A stretch of DNA of 64,000 nt from Squalus acanthias (taxonomy: Eukaryota): assembly GCA_030390025.1 (NCBI GenBank), contig CM059452.1, positions 17,112,001 to 17,176,000 on the forward strand, written 5' to 3'. Made by a program: the position numbers and the translations under genes. Positions 23,887-36,621 of this stretch are shown in pieces. Every line of letters begins with the position of its first letter. Positions within the stretch are counted from its first letter, which is position 1. The notes under the pieces were generated by a model, which saw only the letters and a list, made by a program, of their open reading frames with translations, was not told where the DNA came from and ran no database searches.

Positions 23887-26399
23887 GGCCCGGATTTTCC
23901 GTGGCCGCGGTGCGTACACGGCCGTAAGTGTCTCACAAGTTCCGAGTTTACGCATGGGCTGCGCATGCGCGGAAACCCGGGACTTGCGATCTGCCAGGAA
24001 TCTTTTTGGCAGATCTTCCGCATCCCCGGGAAATGGACATTCGCTGTCGGAGATTTGAGTCATTTGTCCATCTCTTGCCCAGCGAATTCCCATGAAACTC
24101 TTACACCTGGTAAAAACAGGCAAAAGGCATTGTTTTCCCAGCGTAAGGGTGAAAAAATATACTAAAATAACGTTTTAAAATCAATTTAACATTCAAAAAC
24201 CTGTAAAATAAATATGTGTTGAGTCATAGAGTCATAGAGTCATAACGACACAGAAGGAGGCCATTACTTCCATCGAGTCGGTGCCGGCTCTCCGTAGAGC
24301 AATAAAGTCAGTCCCATGCCCCCGCTCTATCCCCGTAGCCCTGCAAGTATATATCCCTCAAGTGCCTATCCAGTCTCCCCTTCAAAACATTGAGTGCCTC
24401 CGATTCTAGCACTTCATTCGGCAGCGAGTTCCAGGTCCTCATCACTCGCTGCATAAAAAAGATTTTCCTCACCTTCACCCTGTATCTCTTGCCCAAAACC
24501 ATAAATCTGTGTCCCCTAGTCCTTGTACTATCAACTTTTGGGAACAGCCTTTCCCCGTCTAACCTATCCAAAACCGTCATAATCTTGTACACCTCTATCA
24601 AATCACCCCTCAACCTGCTTTGCTCTAATGAAAACAAATCCAGCATCTCCAACCTGACCTTGTAGCTAAGATCCCCCATCCCCGGAACCATTCTGGTAAA
24701 TCTCCTCTGTTCCCTCTCAAGGGCCTTCATAACCTTCCAAAAGTGTGGTTACCAGAGCTGGACGCAATACTCCATTTGCGGCCTAACCAGCGCTTTAAAA
24801 AGGTCCAGCATAACGTCTCTACTTTTGTACTCAATACCTCTATTTGCTAAGCACTCTCTCAATATGTCCCGGCAGCTTGAGGGACCTATGCACATTAACT
24901 CCCCAGTCCTTCTGTCCCTGCACACTCTTTAAAACTGTGCCATTAAGTGTATATTGCCTCTCCCTTCTGTCAAAATGCATCACCTCACACTTCTCTGTAT
25001 TACATTCCGTCTGCCATTGTCTGCCCATTCTGCTAGCCTTTCTATATCCTGTTGCAGTCGATTGGTGTCATCCTCACTGTTAGCCACACCCCCAGATTTG
25101 ATGTCATCGGAAAAATTAGAAATGCTACTCTGTATTCCAATATCCAGGTCATTTATATGTTTCAAGAAAATCAGTGGCCCCAGCACTGATCCTTGGGGAA
25201 CACCACTGTCTAACATCCTCCAGTCTAAAAAACAGCCATTTACCACAACTCGCTGTTTTCTGTCCTTAAGCCAATTCCTTATCCAAGCTGCCACTGACCC
25301 ACCTATTTCATGAGCCTTAATTTTTTTAACCAGCCTTCTATGTGATACTTTGTCAAATGCATTCCTAAAATCCATGTAGACAACATCCATTGCATTCCCT
25401 TCATCAATCCTCCCTGTTACTTCCTATTTTTGGCAACTTTAAAAATGTTAACATTTATTTTTCGAAAAAATAATTTAAAAAAATGTTGAATTATATTGTA
25501 TTTTAATAAATTTTAAACCCACGGTTTACGGTTCGAGGCTTCAAGCGTGGAAATGCCTCCGATCACAAATAAAATGCCCGCCTTCCTGGTGGTCCGGGAC
25601 TTACGCATACGCGTGGTCCTGGGCCTCTCTGCGTACCCGCGGGTAGAGGCCCCCGTATCCAGGGGCGCATCCGAAACCCAAGCGTGCCTGGGATCACGTG
25701 GGCTTGCCCAACGAATTAAAGAAGGACATCCCCATTCATGCTTTTGAGATAGTATATGTACGGAATCCCCATAGGCATGAATGGGAAAACCCGATTAAGT
25801 ACATGTACTCATCAAATAAATAATAATAAATTACATATTTAAAATTAATTAAAATGCCTTTCAATTCAATATTTGAAACAATAATTAAATTTTCTGAAAA
25901 ATAAATGTAACAGTTTTAAAGGGGTTAAAAATTACCTTACCTCATTGTGCAGGTTTTTTAATGTACAAATAATTGAAATTTTTTTTTTTGTTTATTCAAA
26001 CTCTTAAGTTGGTAAAAACAGGCCTTACGCGCGAAAACCTGAAAGTTGCGCGGCCCTTACAGGCACGTACGCCCATTTTAATGATTTATTTTTATTTCAA
26101 CGTTGTGTACATGCATTTTTGCGTGATTCCTATTAAGCTTCTGGAAACTCCGTACGTAAATGGAATCCCCGCAAGCATAATGGGAATCCCCTTTCTGATT
26201 TGTTGGGCCGGGCCCACGTGATCCCGTGGGCGCTTGCGAGCCGAATGCGCTCCTGGGATACCTGGGCCTCTACGCAGTCTTAGGCCTAGAGACCCAGGTG
26301 CGGGTGTCTTCCTGGATTCAGGACCATCAGGTAGATGCGAGATTTATTGCGTTTCGGAGGAATCCGCCCGCGCGAAGCCTCCGACGGCAAATTCAGCCC
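23887..26399. mobile_element. MITE-like/foldback element(s) interrupted by a CR1
   Basis: Ends GGCCCGGATTTTCCG and CGGCAAATTCAGCCC match at 11/15 when inverted. Internal imperfect inverted repeat ~25620-25720 vs ~26197-26300 around an AT-rich spacer. Confidence 0.5.
24222..25425 (-). mobile_element. 5'-truncated CR1 LINE
   Basis: ORFs 24980-25390 (DVVYMDF...SGVPQGSVLGP...FSDD) and 24308-24730 (ends LQGYGDRAGAWD*); tail (GTCATAGA)n on +. Confidence 0.93.
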
Positions 26400-26769
26400 C
26401 TGCTCAGTTTTTAGGAAACTTACAGGGACAATCCTAGGTTTGCTAGGAGTCCAGCGACAATTCACATGGATGGTCACATTTTTCAGATTATTGTATAATT
26501 ATTGCTGTCTATATAATCATTGCTAACACATGATTCCCTTGTCATTGATACATTCGCGGAGACACGCGACTAGTGAGGCTGCCTGGTCTTAGGGGTGAGG
26601 CCATGCATTTCTGGAGGATAACTGTTCAAACCCAGAAACCACCTCACATTTCAGAGCAATAGTCCATCATCCTGTCTATTATTGCACACTTTGACTATTC
26701 AGTCTGATTGGGCATCATCTGTCTCACTCTGTTACTCACTGGGTTATCATTCTATTGTTTCCATTGCAG

Positions 26770-26817
26770 GTGAACTCGCGACCGCTTGGCCAGAAGGCAC
26801 TTCCGGTTTATAATTAG
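26770..26817 (+). CDS. IgNAR: Probable IgNAR TM2 exon, cytoplasmic tail VNSRPLGQKALPVYN*
   Basis: Polypyrimidine acceptor ttctattgtttccattgcag|GTG in phase 0 gives a K-V-N junction analogous to the K-V-K of membrane IgM. It lies in non-repeat sequence. Confidence 0.65.
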   Translation: MNSRPLGQKALPVYN

Positions 26818-29109
26818 GGTGTGTTACGAGAATCTCCGTCGGAGGCTGACGTGACTGGATTGCCTCACTCGCTCATCGTTATCGGCTGGTGCACGGCACC
26901 ATTTCATCTCGTATTCCTATATAGTCTCAAGCAAAGCATAAAAACTGTTAGCTTTCTTTTCTTTCATGAGCTAATTTCTTATTCTTGAAACGTTAAGTGT
27001 CATTGTTGAATAGAATTCCGCGTGACTTTAGCAAAACAGTGAACCGCGAATAGTTGAATGTCCAGGAGGGACAGATTGTAATTTACTGTAACTGGAGAAA
27101 ATTTGATGATTCGATGTAATATTGTATTTAATTGCCGCACCTTGGATACAGGCTCAATTTATTCAGACATTAGTGAGTGGCGCCCTCTCCGAATATTCAA
27201 TAGCACAGAACCAGACGACCTTCCGAATTATTAAGCATTTTGTTTAACATCTTTCAATATAATGTAACTTTAAATTTGTTAATATTTATGATTGATCTGC
27301 CAACCAATTAGCAAGAATGACTTCACCTTTGTCAATTCAATGCTCCCCTATAGGATTGGCTGATTGGTCGCTCCCTTGCATTTGGGCCAATCAGGCGGTG
27401 GGTTCAAGTGCCACTCCAGCACCACATCCCAGAATATAGTTTGATACCACTCAATGCAGCACTGGGGGAGTACTGGATTACCACACATGCCCCGTCAATC
27501 GGCTGAATCGATAAAACCAGGCCGTGTTTGCCGGTGCAGAGCTGCCGAATTATACACTGGCCAACATCCTCACTTTCAGGAAAACAACAAATACAAACCA
27601 TCATTTTAACTTGTCTTTCATCACATTTGGGAGATCTTACTGTGTATGAATTGCCTAAATAACAGCAGTGAGCGGGGTTTGCTGGAGTATTCGGCTTCCC
27701 AACAAAGTAACCACATTGTCCCTTTCAAGGCCGACTCTCAGTGCATAATTCCCCAAGGAATATATTGGTTATTGCTGCGCACTGTGTGTATCATTATTTA
27801 CAGCCTGCCGTGAGCGTCTGTGTCCCGCCAGTCTGTGACTGGGGGAAGTTGCTCCAAAAGCCAAGTGACTGATATTTACTCCAACAATGGTTCCGCCGCC
27901 GCACGAGCTGCAGCAGAATCGCGCGGATCGTATTAAAGACCTCGGATGAAATGTCCCAGCTGAAATTTCTAGGCTCCAATTGTGAACTTGGATTTTAAAA
28001 ATCGATTACTAAATGTTTTGATGGATTATGGAGGATTTAGTCATTGTAGAATTAATTGGATCTGAAAGTAATTGTGGCACAGGTTGGATGTTAGAAAGGC
28101 CCGTGACAAGGCATAAAGAGTAGATGAGATGTGTGTTTTATAGCGGAAGGGGCTGGTAGGGCAAACACACAGCACTGAAACACCCCACCCTTGTTATATC
28201 ACATGACAGAAAACTGAGATCACTGGGCTTTCAGCAGGGTCTGGTGGAGAAAGGCTGATTGTGTCGCTATTAGTTAGCAGAATCTTGAAACAGCAGGAGT
28301 GTTTCCTATGTCGGCCATTTGTTAAATATATAATCACGGTGTCGCTGGGAATAGTATCCAGTAAAACTTTCCTGAGTTCGTAGACACACAGCATTGTGTG
28401 TAAATCTTCCCCGTAGATCTTGCATTAGTTAAGGCCCTTAGACCGTACAGAGGGTCCAGGCATTCCCTCTGGGCAAAAAGTGTATTGAAGCAATCTGAAT
28501 ATAACATGGTTGAACAGATTGGACACAAGATCTACCAGCAAAAGTTACCATTCCTCTACTCGCTGTTTATGTTGACAGCTCAATTGTGACAGTTAAGATT
28601 CCCTCTGTTTGGCATTTTTTGTAGAATCGTTAACAGCTCGTTGCTGAATGTGTTGACGATTTGGTTAGAGATACGTAACAGAGGAAATCTTCACCAAGGT
28701 TTATCTGATATCTGAAACCCAGTGGAAACTAAATACCGCCGTGAATGCCCAACAGCGAGAATTATATCTGGAAAGGTGTGCCAGGTCTGACGCTTTGTTA
28801 CAAACCCTGGTTAAGAATTCCTCTGCTAGTGTGTTGCAATGAGATCATGCTGCGTTCAAATCAGATTCCGTGAGGTCATATTTCTGGCCAAGTCTTTAAC
28901 ATATTTTAAAAGGATCCGCTAACTACTTGGCAAGAAATATCGAGCAGAGAGAACCTACATCAGAGCCTGTGCAACGTCACTGTCCATAGCAAGAGATGGA
29001 TTCTCCCCTGTATCTAATTTCAGCTACAAACGATGGAATCCGAAGTCGTCAGCAATTACATTGCAAATGGAGGGAAACTGTGATAGTAAGATCAATTTGT
29101 TTTAATGTG

Positions 29110-29245
29110 ACATAGGGACATTAGGAAAAGGAATAGGCAATTCAGCCACTCGATACTGCTCCGCCATTCAATTAGATCCTGGCTGATCTGTCCCTTAACT
29201 CCAGCTCCCCGCCTATGCTCCATATCCCTTGATACCCTTTCCTGA
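29110..29245 (-). mobile_element. CR1 3'-end fragment
   Basis: Reverse complement of the CR1 3' UTR (ctgctccgccattcaat...ggctgatc). Confidence 0.75.
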
Positions 29246-29438
29246 CATGACTGTATTTGCAGTGATTTGCCTAAATAAAGTGTCAGAAACAATTGGAACT
29301 TGTGTCCGTTCCCTAAACGTGTGGAAATTAAATGATCTCATCAATAGATTTTTGTTCAGCTTTGTTTGAATGCTAATGCTGGTTTGCTTTTTTTATTAAG
29401 TTACTTTTAGTCTCTGTCAACGCAAAGTTTCAGAATAT

Positions 29439-29444
29439 AATAAA
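29439..29444 (+). promoter_or_regulatory. Candidate poly(A) signal of the membrane-form transcript
   Basis: AATAAA with U-rich upstream and GU-rich downstream sequence. Other AATAAA copies are at 29274 and 29565, so the site used is uncertain. Confidence 0.3.
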
Positions 29445-29619
29445 AAATAATCTGTTCCATGCTGTTCGTCAATGTTTTTACTAAAAGTTCTGGGTTTAAA
29501 TCCAACACTTATTTTTGTTTAGGTATTTCAGTTTGCGCCAATGATTAAGTTAGTAAAACTCACCAATAAACTAAATAAAAGCTACACCTTAAACAAGTAA
29601 AATAATGTACGGATGAAAA

Positions 29620-30690
29620 CAAAGAGTAGGGATTAACGGGTCTTTTTCAGGATGGCAGGCTGTGACTAGTGGGGTACCGCAGGATCGGTGCTTGGGCCCC
29701 AGCTATTCACAAAGTATATCAATGATTTGGATGAGGGGACAAAATGTAACAATTCCAAATTTGCTAATGACACATAGCTATGTGGCAGTGTCAGTTGTGA
29801 AAAGGATGTGAAGAGGCTTCAAGAAGATCTCGACAGACTCAGTGAGTGGGTAAGAACATGGCAGATGGATTATAATGTGGATACATGTGAAGTTATCCAC
29901 TTTGGTAGAAAAAACAGAAAGGCAGAATATTTCCTAAATGGTGAAAGATTGGGGAATGCAGATGCTCAAAGGGTACCTGGGTGTCCTTGTACATGAGTCA
30001 CTGAAAGTGAATGTGCAGGTGCAGCAAGCCATTAGGAAGGCAAATGGTATGCTAGCCTTCATTACAAGAGGATTTGAGTACAGGAGTAAAGAAGTATTAC
30101 TCCAATTATATAGGGCCTTGGTGAGACCACACCTGGAGTACTGTGCATAATGTTGGTCTCCTTACCTAAGGAAGGATATACTTCCGTAGAGGTAGTGCAA
30201 GGAATGTTAACGAGATTGATTCCTGGGATGGCGGGACTGTCGTATGAGAAGAGGTTGAGTAAACTAGGCCTGTATTCACTTGAATTCAGAAGAATGAGAG
30301 GGGATCTATGTGAAGCATACACAATTATTACAGGACTTGATAGGGTGAATGCAGGGAGACTGTTTCCCTTAGCTGGGGAGTCTAGAACCAGGGGCCAAAG
30401 CCTCAGGATAAAGGGTAGGCCCTTCAGGACTGAGATGAGAAGAAATTTTTTCACACTGAGGGTGGTGAATCTTTGGAATTCTCGACCCCAGAGAGCTGTG
30501 GAGGCTCAGTCATTGGGTATATTTAAAACAGAAGTCGATAGATTTCTGATTGTAAGGCCATCAAGGGATATGGCGATAAGGCCGGTGAATGGAATTGAGG
30601 CAGAAGATCAGCGATGATCGCATTGAATGGCGGTGCAGGCTCGAAGGGCCGAATGGCCGACTCCTGCTCCTATTTCTTGTGATCTTATGT
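29620..30690 (+). mobile_element. 5'-truncated CR1 LINE
   Basis: Frameshifted ORF2 pieces (WQMDYNVDTCEVIHFG, LVRPHLEYC, LGLYSLEFRRMRGD) and the CR1 3' UTR. Confidence 0.92.
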
Positions 30691-31357
30691 AAATTGAGTC
30701 TAGAAACCGGCGCCCTGAATCCCATTAATTCACGACCGATATTGAATGGACTGGAGCATCTATAGGTTTGGGTGTGTTCCTGGAATATGGGAATAACCCG
30801 GACAATTAACAGTTCTAATCATTAAGCGGTATGATCATTAATACAAGGTTCATACATTCTAGGACATTGAGTATTCAGTCTTAGCATTAATGTTCTGGTC
30901 ATTATTTGGATGAATTGATTCATTCATTAATAACGCAGAAATCCAAACATCAATTTACCGAAGTGAAGCTTTCAATTCAATGCAGCTAAATTGAGTGAAT
31001 CCGTTCTGTGGTTAACTGCGGAGAACTAAAGGCTTGTTGTGATATTCCGCTGCACAGGTTTAGCGACTTTCTGTGGCTCTCCTCTGTTCCATGGCTTGAA
31101 ATTTAAGCCGATTGATTTAAACCGGTTGAGCCGCCATTGAAAGAATATTCTAGTGATGTCAAACCAAAGTATTGCTGCACTAATATCACAATCGGCAATT
31201 TCCAGTGACACATCCTTAAAATGACCAGAAGGACACAAAGTCTAAACATTACTTGGTCTTATTCATTGGCTAATTCTGCAGACCTTCCCAAGATGCCCCC
31301 TTATCCCAGTTTTACAGCATGCGGTAACACGTTCATTTTAGATGTATTACGCATTTT

Positions 31358-31475
31358 ACAACAACAAGTAGCATTTATATAGCGCCTTTAACCTAGTAAA
31401 ACGTCTCACATGCTTCACATGAGTCTGATGAAACAACATCAGACACCGAGCCACATAAGGGGATTGTGGGATATG
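31358..31475 (-). mobile_element. L2 3'-end fragment
   Basis: caacaacaagtagcatttatatagcgcctttaac is the reverse complement of the L2 tail also seen at 3681. Confidence 0.7.
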
Positions 31476-32938
31476 ATGCCGATTAGATAATGGCTAATAA
31501 TTCATTCAACAGCTCACTAATATTGGAGCAAATCCCGCTTTGCAAGGTAACTTCGCGGAACCTCTGAAGTCACGGCAATTCTGCCAGATGATGCTCCCAA
31601 GAAATTCCCTGCATAACGTGTGTTGAACATTTTGCAGGAACTTTGCATGTGTGCTATATTGGCGGAGGCACTGTCCTTTTAAACATAAATAGGTTAACAT
31701 GTTATCTAAAATTGGAATTTCAAGCACATTGAGAAATCACCGGGATGTTGCTTTCCCACAGAATAAATTAAGGCCCAGGAAATCAAAGAAGCCTGTAAAA
31801 TTAAGTCTAATAGCCTGACGAGGATGTAACTCAAATGAAGTGGCGCAATTGCGTGCGTGTGACATGGTTTCGCTCCGCCTTCTTAAAAACCTACAAAGAA
31901 GTTAACCTTTTCCACTGACAGCTGTTTAAATTCAACAAGCAACAACTTTAGTATTACTGAATGAAATTTAAAGATATTGGACATTATTAAATTTAAGTTT
32001 CTTAATTTTAAGTTAATATTTCCCCACAGTGACAGACGGAAAATGATGATTTAATAAATTAACTCCTTGGGCTCTTAAGCAGAGCCACAATGGATTATCT
32101 GCTTTCTTGTGTGTTATGGAATTTATCTTGTAAAGTAATTGCAGCACTTCTGTCTCTAATGTTCAAACACTGTGTAAACCACCTAGCCTGGGAATCGTTT
32201 CTGAAATTGAATTGATAAGATAAATGTATAGAAATGAAATTGAACATTGACAAAACCTATCAGTCCAGTAGTACAGATGTTTGGATTTTGGGAGGATTTT
32301 GAAATGATATATTGGGTTACCAAGTGAGATGGTTTGATCTATGTTTTTAATGGACAGTAAAGTTCCTCCAGGGCTCATGAATGAGATATGAATGGTAATT
32401 GATGGGATGTATAAAATGGACAGAGGAAGTGATTAGGGTGTGAGATAGAAACAGGAAAATTACACCACCAAATGGGAATTTTCCAGACTTTTTAGTGAAA
32501 GTCAGGAAAATGTTGTTACGAATAGTAAATTGATAGCTTTCTCTTGGAGACATTTGTGACCCTGCCTATAATGAACCTTTTAAGTAAACTGAATTTGATA
32601 TACCGGCCACTAACCAAGACATCAGAACCCTGTGGTGGAAAATGAGCAAAGACAATCTTTTGATAAGATCGCCGCAAAGCTCGGGAATGTCTTGTATCGG
32701 ATGGCACGTGCGGCATGCTATTGTGATACTGGTATGACAGTGTAAATATGATTTGTTACGTATGAAGCAATTAGCATCCGGGAATGCATGGTGAATCTGC
32801 ACTGAAGAACGGATCTCAAACATGCTCAGTTACTTGACTACAGTACGACATGAAATGGTTAATGCAGCTCAGGAGAGTGAGACAACTTTTAAAGCATTGA
32901 CACACTCCATCGAGAAACTATCTAATTATTGAAACAAT

Positions 32939-33683
32939 GGCCCAAAAATTAGTCCCGGGACGCGAGAGTACGCACTGTGTACTCTCGCGCGTATTCTGTC
33001 ACCAATTGCCGGTTTTCTGCATGCACTGCGCATGCGCTGAAAACCGGCACTTGGTTTTTGGAAAAGGGTGCGGTTCCTCGGTGCACCGCGTGCGCGCTAC
33101 AGGCTGCGCGCACGCTGTGCACTTAGTGCTTTGGACGCGCAGGTAAGGACGGAAGATTTTAGAAATGAAAAAAGGAGGAGTAAGACCCACTTTTAACAAG
33201 GTAAGTAGTGAATTAAGTATTATTTTGAATTTTTTTTAACAGGTATATCTTTTTTAGAGAATTTAAAGACAGGTAAGTTTATTTTTATAACTTTTTAAAA
33301 GATTTTAAATTCTTTCAAAAATGGAATTTTTTATTTAAAATAGTTAATTTATTTAACTATACTTATTTTATTAATGTGATGGGTTTTTTTTAAATTTCAT
33401 TGAGGTTTAGCTGTTATTTTGGGGGTGTGTAAGATTCATAGCTTTCACAGCACGTATGTGTAACTTATTAATGGAAGCTGGTGTGCTGCCATTGGCTCTA
33501 ACTGAGTCACGTGATCCCACAGCTCGCACGAATTCACTACGCCGGTGGGATACGCAAGCACTGCCCAGCTGATGTCCAGAACATCAAGTTCGTGCGAGCT
33601 GGATCTGAAAAAGCCAACGCAGAGTGAGAGATCGCGGGGAAGCCTTACCCCCGCGTCAACACTCAGTCTTTAATTTCTGGGCC
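32939..33683. mobile_element. MITE-like non-autonomous DNA transposon (PIF/Harbinger-like ends)
   Basis: TIRs GGCCCAAAAATTA and TAATTTCTGGGCC (12/13), flanked by AAT on both sides (3-bp TSD); internal hairpins and an AT-rich core. Confidence 0.65.
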
Positions 33684-35670
33684 AATCAGAATAGAGTTAA
33701 ACACACTGGTACCTGTTAGCGGGATTGAGATTGAAGTTGAAGCAGAAAGTTACATTGAATTTGTATTGGGACAATGGAGGGCTATGGAGTATTCATGTTT
33801 AGCAAGAATTATCCACAAGATGGATACGAATAAAGAGATCTGGAGAATCTTTTAAGTCCATGACTTGTTGATTAGATGTTAAATTGTAGAGTCGCTTCAA
33901 ATGATTGTTAGACTGAATTATAACTTGTAACTGTAATAATTGTGATTTGTAGGTAACAGAGCGTGGGAAAAACCAGTACAAATCCAGTATGAGTTGGTTT
34001 TGGTGGTGCCTCCTGTGTCACTACTACCGCAACTACCATGCTTTACGGATTTAACAGGGCCTGTCCCATCAACCAACACGTTTTACTCAATATCAAAATC
34101 TATGCTCAAGTGAAACTGACAGTAATTGAGATACTTATGTATCAGCTGCACTATTATGTGACACAATTCTGATAATACATTCTCCTGTTGCCTGAGGGTT
34201 TCAGTGAGCTCGTGATGCGACTGAACCCCTCCCGAAAGACGTTTTATGATTTGGAGCAAGACAACTCGAGAATAGATATTGGAATTGACAGCATAGGGGA
34301 CAACTTACACTGGTGGGAAATTGGGTTTAATATATCATCACACCCTTAAAGACTTATTATTTCACACGCTCTTGTAGTTCTCCAACTTGTAATGATAGTG
34401 TATTTGATATCTGTAACCCATGCAGTAAGACTTTGATACAAAGGCCAATTGTGTACTCATGCCTATGAGAAACGAGCACCAACAAATTAATTGAGCACAA
34501 CAAAAGAGAAGATCAGAAGAAACAGAGAAGAACGCAGGCGGGGTAAGATAAGGGCCACATCTTATGATTCAGCAATAGGATCACGGTCGGAGGTGAAATG
34601 ATAGACTGGGACACGCTGGAAGGAAAGGCATATCAGTACGGCCCTCATGATAGTTGAGGAGACCCTGGAGTTTCCCTCAGCCATGACAATAGTAAAGGAT
34701 CGCCCCTGTAAGTGGCACAGTTAGAACCCAGGCTTATAATGAAAAGGGGGATAAAACCACCTTTGAGAAGCGCTCCGTTCCCCTCAATGAGAGGACTCCG
34801 ATTTGCAGCAATTCTTGTGAGAGAATAGATTGAAATCATCGAGTAATCAATGTTTCAAACATTTCATCCTCGAGTTGGGGACTGTACGAAAGATTAGTAT
34901 TTAGAGACCCCATATAGTAGATGAGAATCATATATGTATAAATTCAAGTGTCGTGATTGACCAACTAATCTTACCTATGATTCCGTGTGGGTAAGCATAT
35001 GTTAAAGTCTATTCGAATATAGCCACCAGGACTGTCAAAAGTAGTTTTGCCTAAGCTCTGATAACAAAGCCATAAGCAAATAGTGAAGGTTAAATTGCTA
35101 AATAAGATATTGTAATACTAAGCTTAATTAGAGTTCGTTTACCAATGTTTATACGAGGGAAGCTAGGAATGAAAGAGATAAGGTAAATTCCAATGTGTTG
35201 AAGAACTATAAGCAAGATAACACTGAACAGGGTGAGGTTGTGGGAAAATTACTGAGCCAGGAGGGGCCAAGATGCTACCCTTAGTCCAAGTGACAATGGT
35301 ATTTTGACCATTAGAACCAATTAAAAAAGGCGATTTTCTTAAAGCTAGAGCGGCGAGGTGGCGGACCTGCGAGGGAACAGAGGCGGCGTGCGGCGGTACT
35401 TAAGGTGAGCTTCGAGGCGGCAGACAAATCCAGGTTCCGGGAGAGGGAAGCAAAAAATATTCGTAGTGTGACGTCACCAAAAAGCAGGTAAGTGATTGGT
35501 TGGTGAGTGTTTTCTTTCTCAATTTTTCTAAACTTAAATTTTGTGGCTTCTACGTTCTCTTTGTGTAGCGGGGACTACGGTTAAGTAAGGCACTTAAGTA
35601 TATCACTTAATTCCAGTGTAATTGGTGGGATCCATTTAATTTAATTAATTAATTAATTAAAGGGTAAGTC

Positions 35671-36621
35671 ATGGCAGGACAGCTCGGTGCTGTGACATGC
35701 TCTTCCTGCGCTATGTGGGAAATCAGGGACACTTCCTGTGTCCCTGACAACCATGTGTGTGGGAAATGTATCCAGCTGCAGCTACTGACAGACCGCATTG
35801 CGACACTGGAGCTGTGGATGGATGCATACTGGAGCATTCGCGATGCTGAGAACATCGTCGATATCACGTTTAGGGAGTTGGTCACACCGCAGGTAAAGGG
35901 TGTACAGGCAGGAAGGTAATGGGTGACCACCAGGCAGAGTAATAGGCGCAGGCAGGTAGTGCATGGGTCACCTGTGGCCATCCCCCTCTCAATCAGATAT
36001 ACCGCTTTGGATATTGTTGAGGGAGATGGCTTATCAGGGGAAGACAGCAGCAGCCAACTTCCTAGCACCATAGGTGGTTCTGCTGCACAGGATGGGAGGA
36101 AAATGAGTGGGAGAGCTATCGTGATAGGGGATTCTATTGTAAGGGGAATAGATAGGCGTTTCTGCGGCAGCAAACGAGACTCCAGGATGGCATGTTGCCT
36201 CCCTGGTGCAAGGGTCAAGGATGTCTCAGAGCGGCTACAGAGCATTTTGGAAGGGGAGGGTGAACAGCCAGTTGTCGTCTTACATATAGGTACCAACGAT
36301 TTTCGTAAAAAACGGGATGAGGTCCTAAAAGCAGAATATAGGGAGTTAGGAGGTAAATTAAAAAATAGGACCTCAAAGGTGGTAATCTCAGGATTGCTAC
36401 CAGTGCCACGTGCTAGTCAGAATAGAAATAGAAGGATATTTCAAATGAATACGTGGCTAGAGGAATGGTGCAAGGGAGAGGGATTCAAATTCCTCGGGCA
36501 TTGGAACCGGTTCTGGGGGAGGTGGGAACAGTACAAACCGAACGGGCTACACCAGGGCAGGGCCGGGACCGATGTCCTAGGGGGTGTGTTTGCTAGTGCT
36601 CTAGGGGAGGGTTTAAACTAA
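35671..36621 (+). pseudogene. CR1 ORF1 (zinc finger/leucine zipper + SGNH esterase) with one in-frame stop
   Basis: CSSC...CGKC zinc finger; stop at 35917-35919; the same frame continues to the esterase blocks VIGDS, HIGTND and NGLH. Confidence 0.9.

Noticed and set aside
34192-34248. Hairpin GAGGGTTTCAGT...ACTGAACCCCTC followed by GAAAGACGTTTTA as a hammerhead
   Set aside because: The core is CTGAGGG rather than CTGANGA and overlaps the stem.
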